DNA of 64,000 nt. Origin: Escherichia phage vB_EcoM_HZ_ZJUN4. Under the pieces are notes generated by a model that had not been told where the DNA came from, ran no database searches, and saw only the letters and a program-made list of their open reading frames with translations. Made by a program: the position numbers and the translations under genes. The stretch lies in sequence record PP216085; one strand, 5' to 3'. Shown one piece after another: positions 60,054-64,000 of this stretch; within the stretch, counting starts at the first letter, position 1, and the number at the start of each line of letters is the position of its first letter.

Positions 60054-63000
60054 TTATTCAACCCATTCAAATTTAACCGTTTTATTCACTGGGTCAGGAA
60101 TAATGCGAACATTACCAATTCGTAAGAAATCACGAATAGTAAGATTCCCCATTATAGCATTATCAGATGGTAAAGCACCGATATCAGATGGCTGAGGAGG
60201 GTTACCACCATCAAATACCTGAACAAAACTTGACCAAGAGTTTTTGGTTTTCTGCCATGTACGCGTCCAGCGAGTGGTGCGCGCTTCTGGGGTCGTTGGA
60301 TAAGTAATCCAATCTTGGTAAAGCGAATCGAGTGTGTTACCAAACTGAGTTAATGTACCAGGAGATTTAACTTCTTCGCCACGTTCTAAGTATGGAAGTC
60401 CAGTCACTTCATTAGTTTTTTCAACCATTTCAAAATAACCCGGGAACTGGTTATAAGTGGCTGAATCATTAATATCGATTGACCAGAATCCTACAGTATC
60501 AGATGTTGGCGCACGAGTATATAAATCAGAGGTTTTAGTACCCTGAGAACGAATTCTCGAGTTGACAGTTAAACCACCTGAAGTTATAGTAGCACCTTTG
60601 GCAATGATTAAGCTTTCACCAATTGTAACCTGACCAGATTGATTATTAATTGATAATGGACGTAATCCATTAAATCCACCGGTCTGATCACCAGATGCAG
60701 TAAGCATAAAATAGGTGTTAGCAGCATCATTACGAATAAAGAATCCATAATCACCGTTTATTGCTCTAAAAGCATTTGACGATTTACTGATAAATTCGCC
60801 ATTAGCAGTAACTGAACTACCGAATGTTGCAACGCCATTCGCATTCAATGTTCCTGAAGCATTCACATTTATCGGCGTTACTGTACCATTGATATTAAAT
60901 GTTATATTACCAGCTTTATTGCGCTGAGAATAAAAGTGACTAGACGTTTCATCACTAACTTCAAATACAGTAGAACGTGTTGTGTCCGATTCACCGCTGA
61001 ATTGATTTCCCCACACTCTGACTGTCATCGTCTGCGTTGGGTTCGTTCCAGTTTGAGGTCCTTTCTCAAAAATCAGACGAGTCGCTGTTCCAGTATTAGA
61101 AATAGTTAGTGTACTATTTGCTGAAACTGATCCACCGAACGTAGCAGTACTAGATGATACAAGAGGGGCACTCAGATTCGTTTGTTGGGTTAAGGTTAGT
61201 GAACCATTAACTGTCTGTGCAATATCCCTACGAATGAACTGAGATGAATCTAGACCATCCAGTAAATTACTATCTACGGCTTTTGCTTTTAACGGCAAAT
61301 AATTTGCTAATACACGGTTTAATTCATATGGCGATACTGCATAACTATTTTTCTCGTACAAGTCTAATGACTGCGTTGAACCAACTGTATCATTACCAAC
61401 GAATGTAATTGAACCAGATGAAGTTTTAACAAAACCTCTTACCAGAGTAGTAGCTGCCCATGTTGGTTCATTCTGGACAATCCATTTTAAATTTTTTGGA
61501 GATACAGCAGTATTTGCTGACGTTCCAACTACAGTTTCAGACTGAGTTGCAACTTTAATAACACCTTCCTGTGCTTCAGTAGATTTAGTACCTAAAAGCT
61601 TTTTAGGAGTTATTAAAACATTATCTAATGTTCCTGCAGCAGCTTCAACTTGTGTAGCTACACGAAGTGTACCACGCTGTGTCTCATTTGCTTCAAGAAT
61701 ATTAAGGGTATAATGGTCCCAGAGAGTTCCTGATTCAACTAATCCAGATAGAGCAACAACAGAAGTACGATCAGTACTATTAAATCTAGTTTTAATTTTT
61801 AATGGTGTAGAGATACGAGTATCGTCGACGCCTGCGTCGAATTCAACTTGTGTCGCAATTTCAGCTATACCACTTAAACTTTCAGTTGCTCTACGGTCAT
61901 TTAAAGTTTTCGGAGTGACTGCACGAGTATAATCAGTTCCTGTATTAACTTCACTTTGCGTAGCAATTTCAATTAAACCAATTCTTGCATCAGTTGATGT
62001 CTTTTTATGTAACGTTTCTGGCGTTACAACCGCATTTGCCCATCCTTCTTGGCTTTGTCCAGCAATTACTTCACTTTCAACTGCTAAAATTACTGCACCT
62101 TGTTGTGTTGGAGTAGCTTTATACTGGTCCAAAGCTTTAGGCGAAACAACTAAATTATTAGTGTTTTTATTGTAAACATTTGTACCATTTAATTCACGAC
62201 TAGAGGCTGGAGTAGCTCCTGCGGTAGATACAAAGGTTACAATACCAGATAATGATTCAGAACCTTGTCGAGCTTGAAGCTTTTTAGGAGTGATGATTGT
62301 AGTATCATCAGTACCTGCGTTAGTTTCTTGCTGTGTAGCAATTTCAGCAACACCTCTACGAGTTTCTGTAGCAGTTCTTTCATTCAGCTTTTTAGGAGTG
62401 ACGATAATATCATCAGCAAAAGAGAATGTAGTATCCTGGTTCACTTGAGCAGTGGTTGCTATTCTTGCGATACCTCTACGAGTTTCTGTAGCAGTACGGT
62501 TAGCTAATGTTTCTGGTGTAATTGCTAATTCTTTTTGTGGAGAATTTTCTAAATCGACGTTAGCTTGAGCTTGTGTAGCTAAAGCAATTACGCCTAATCT
62601 TGCTCTAGTAGAATCATTTAAAGAATCGACTCTTTCAACTGTTGGAACGTTTTGTTGTACAACCCAGTATTTTCCGTCAGAATCTTCTATATAAGCAAGC
62701 TCTAAAACTGGAACATAATTAGTTTCGCCGTTAAAAACTAATTCTTGAACAGTCACCCATTCAGCTTCAGGCGGATACTCTGAACGTTTTGGGAATTGCA
62801 GCAATTGAACTGAAGAAGCAATTTTATCTTCACCGGCAGCTTTGATTTTAACTGTTTGGCCTTTTCTCATGTAATTCATGGAAATTTTAACAGTATCACC
62901 AACAGAAATATCGGTTGGAAGCTGAAGTTCAATTGTTTGGGTTGTTCCGTTATTCGCTCCAAATACCATAACTTCTTCATTTGGATGAATGTTTGAATTA

Positions 63001-63923
63001 GTCGTTATGATACGTAAACGTGCTTTACTATCCCCGTCAAACAATCTCCACAATTTTTCATTATCATCATACATTAAGAAACCATCAATCGATGTACGGC
63101 CTTCAATGGAATGAGTTCCAACTTCTTGTACTGAAGTTGTTTCATCGTATGTAGTAACAATTGTATGATAAAGTGGATTTAGTTTATCTAAATCGACGAA
63201 ATTAATAATATCGCCATGATTAGCAAATCTCGGAAGTTTAATATTAATCGGCGCAGCGGAAGTAAATCTACGCACGATAAAATCGTTAGATTGCGCCTGA
63301 TAAAGACTTGCCGGTGTTACAATTGCAGCTTCTCTGCTATAATCAGCAACGTACATTTGCCACAGACGATTACTAAAAATTAAAACTATCTGTGATTTTG
63401 GATGAGTCATTAGTACTGATCGTACTTGCTGACCTCTAAAATTTACAATGCTTTGCACCGGAGCTGTAATTAAAACTTGGTTAACTCCAGGTTTTCCTCC
63501 AATGTCTTGGAGAACGATAGTATCTCCATCAATTGGGGAAGATGGTAAAGTAAATGTAATGTCATTACCAGCTGCAGTATCAACTGAAATTGATTCGCCT
63601 GACTTTAATTGATAAGGTCCTGATGAAACAGTTGTCCAATTAGCATCAGTACGTAATGCTCTCCAACGTACGCTATTAAAAGCTCCTGCTGGTTTTGGAA
63701 TATCATTTATAGCAGCCCAAAAGCGGTTATCATAAATGATTACAAAATCTTTTAAATATCCACGAGTTGGATCGTATTGTTGAACTGTGTTTTCTTGAAT
63801 TAGGTAATCAACGTTAACACCGTCAGTTCCTACGGTACGATCAGCTAAAGCTACGTTGATTATTTTATCGCCACCTGCGTCCAGACCGTCTTCTGCTCTG
63901 AACTTTCTTTTAATCTCGGCCAT
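60054..63923 (-). CDS. 34: long tail fibre proximal subunit gp34
   Basis: 1289 aa (same length as T4 gp34 as I recall); MAEIKRKFRAEDGLDAGGDKIINVALADRTVG... Confidence 0.92.
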   Translation of the reverse strand: MAEIKRKFRAEDGLDAGGDKIINVALADRTVGTDGVNVDYLIQENTVQQYDPTRGYLKDFVIIYDNRFWAAINDIPKPAGAFNSVRWRALRTDANWTTVSSGPYQLKSGESISVDTAAGNDITFTLPSSPIDGDTIVLQDIGGKPGVNQVLITAPVQSIVNFRGQQVRSVLMTHPKSQIVLIFSNRLWQMYVADYSREAAIVTPASLYQAQSNDFIVRRFTSAAPINIKLPRFANHGDIINFVDLDKLNPLYHTIVTTYDETTSVQEVGTHSIEGRTSIDGFLMYDDNEKLWRLFDGDSKARLRIITTNSNIHPNEEVMVFGANNGTTQTIELQLPTDISVGDTVKISMNYMRKGQTVKIKAAGEDKIASSVQLLQFPKRSEYPPEAEWVTVQELVFNGETNYVPVLELAYIEDSDGKYWVVQQNVPTVERVDSLNDSTRARLGVIALATQAQANVDLENSPQKELAITPETLANRTATETRRGIARIATTAQVNQDTTFSFADDIIVTPKKLNERTATETRRGVAEIATQQETNAGTDDTTIITPKKLQARQGSESLSGIVTFVSTAGATPASSRELNGTNVYNKNTNNLVVSPKALDQYKATPTQQGAVILAVESEVIAGQSQEGWANAVVTPETLHKKTSTDARIGLIEIATQSEVNTGTDYTRAVTPKTLNDRRATESLSGIAEIATQVEFDAGVDDTRISTPLKIKTRFNSTDRTSVVALSGLVESGTLWDHYTLNILEANETQRGTLRVATQVEAAAGTLDNVLITPKKLLGTKSTEAQEGVIKVATQSETVVGTSANTAVSPKNLKWIVQNEPTWAATTLVRGFVKTSSGSITFVGNDTVGSTQSLDLYEKNSYAVSPYELNRVLANYLPLKAKAVDSNLLDGLDSSQFIRRDIAQTVNGSLTLTQQTNLSAPLVSSSTATFGGSVSANSTLTISNTGTATRLIFEKGPQTGTNPTQTMTVRVWGNQFSGESDTTRSTVFEVSDETSSHFYSQRNKAGNITFNINGTVTPINVNASGTLNANGVATFGSSVTANGEFISKSSNAFRAINGDYGFFIRNDAANTYFMLTASGDQTGGFNGLRPLSINNQSGQVTIGESLIIAKGATITSGGLTVNSRIRSQGTKTSDLYTRAPTSDTVGFWSIDINDSATYNQFPGYFEMVEKTNEVTGLPYLERGEEVKSPGTLTQFGNTLDSLYQDWITYPTTPEARTTRWTRTWQKTKNSWSSFVQVFDGGNPPQPSDIGALPSDNAIMGNLTIRDFLRIGNVRIIPDPVNKTVKFEWVE

Positions 63924-63958
63924 TCTCCCGGGCTCCTATTGTGTTTTCAATAATAAGT

Positions 63959-63966
63959 ATTTATAC
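63959..63966 (-). promoter_or_regulatory. T4 late promoter TATAAATA (minus strand) upstream of gene 34
   Basis: Plus-strand tatttata 36 nt upstream of gene 34 ATG. Confidence 0.65.
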
Positions 63967-63967
63967 T

Positions 63968-63999
63968 TGTTTACTTTAAGATTCGGATGGTATATAATA
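63968..63999 (+). promoter_or_regulatory. T4-type early promoter on plus strand (GTTTAC 63970-63975, TGGTATATAAT -10) diverging from gene 34
   Basis: Consensus-like; presumably drives genes beyond window end. Confidence 0.5.
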
Positions 64000-64000
64000 G

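Noticed and set aside
55533-62507. Plus-strand ORFs (60-93 aa) inside tail-fibre genes 34-37
   Set aside because: Embedded antisense in long, well-supported late genes; compositional artefacts.

Overview
This window reads as one contiguous ~64 kb stretch of a T4-like (T-even, Tevenvirinae) coliphage genome. All calls rest on reading the ORF track and sequence and on my recollection of T4 proteins; nothing was database-verified. The plus strand carries the early/middle replication and host-takeover region in T4 order: nrdD (C-terminal part), nrdG, nrdH-like, 55, a-gt, 47, 46, rpbA, 45, 44, 62, regA, 43, imm, 42, uvsX, 40, 41, dmd, sp, 61, dam, 56, soc, modB, modA, dda, dexA, motB, 39, split gene 60, rIIA, rIIB, denB-like, ndd, stp, ac, 52, motA, arn-like and asiA. 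The minus strand at the 3' end carries the late genes t, 38, 37, 36, 35 and 34 (long tail fibre). Gene 60 contains the intact 50-nt programmed translational bypass element, which the ORF track splits into two pieces. Accessory content that I cannot place in T4 from memory includes an HNH endonuclease between nrdD and nrdG whose first 13 codons copy the nrdG start, a GIY-YIG endonuclease plus a DxD-motif glycosyltransferase where T4 has beta-gt, and a two-gene module between gene 61 and dam. That module, an antisense small membrane ORF plus a 186-aa ORF with a PD-(D/E)xK-like motif, is my best candidate for something undescribed, but the evidence is thin. A family of five related early-promoter/leader cassettes (PeSL-like) precedes different cargo genes. 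The tail-fibre adhesin gp38 is the glycine-rich T2 type, so the genome looks mosaic relative to T4. No tRNA, rRNA or CRISPR was recognised.
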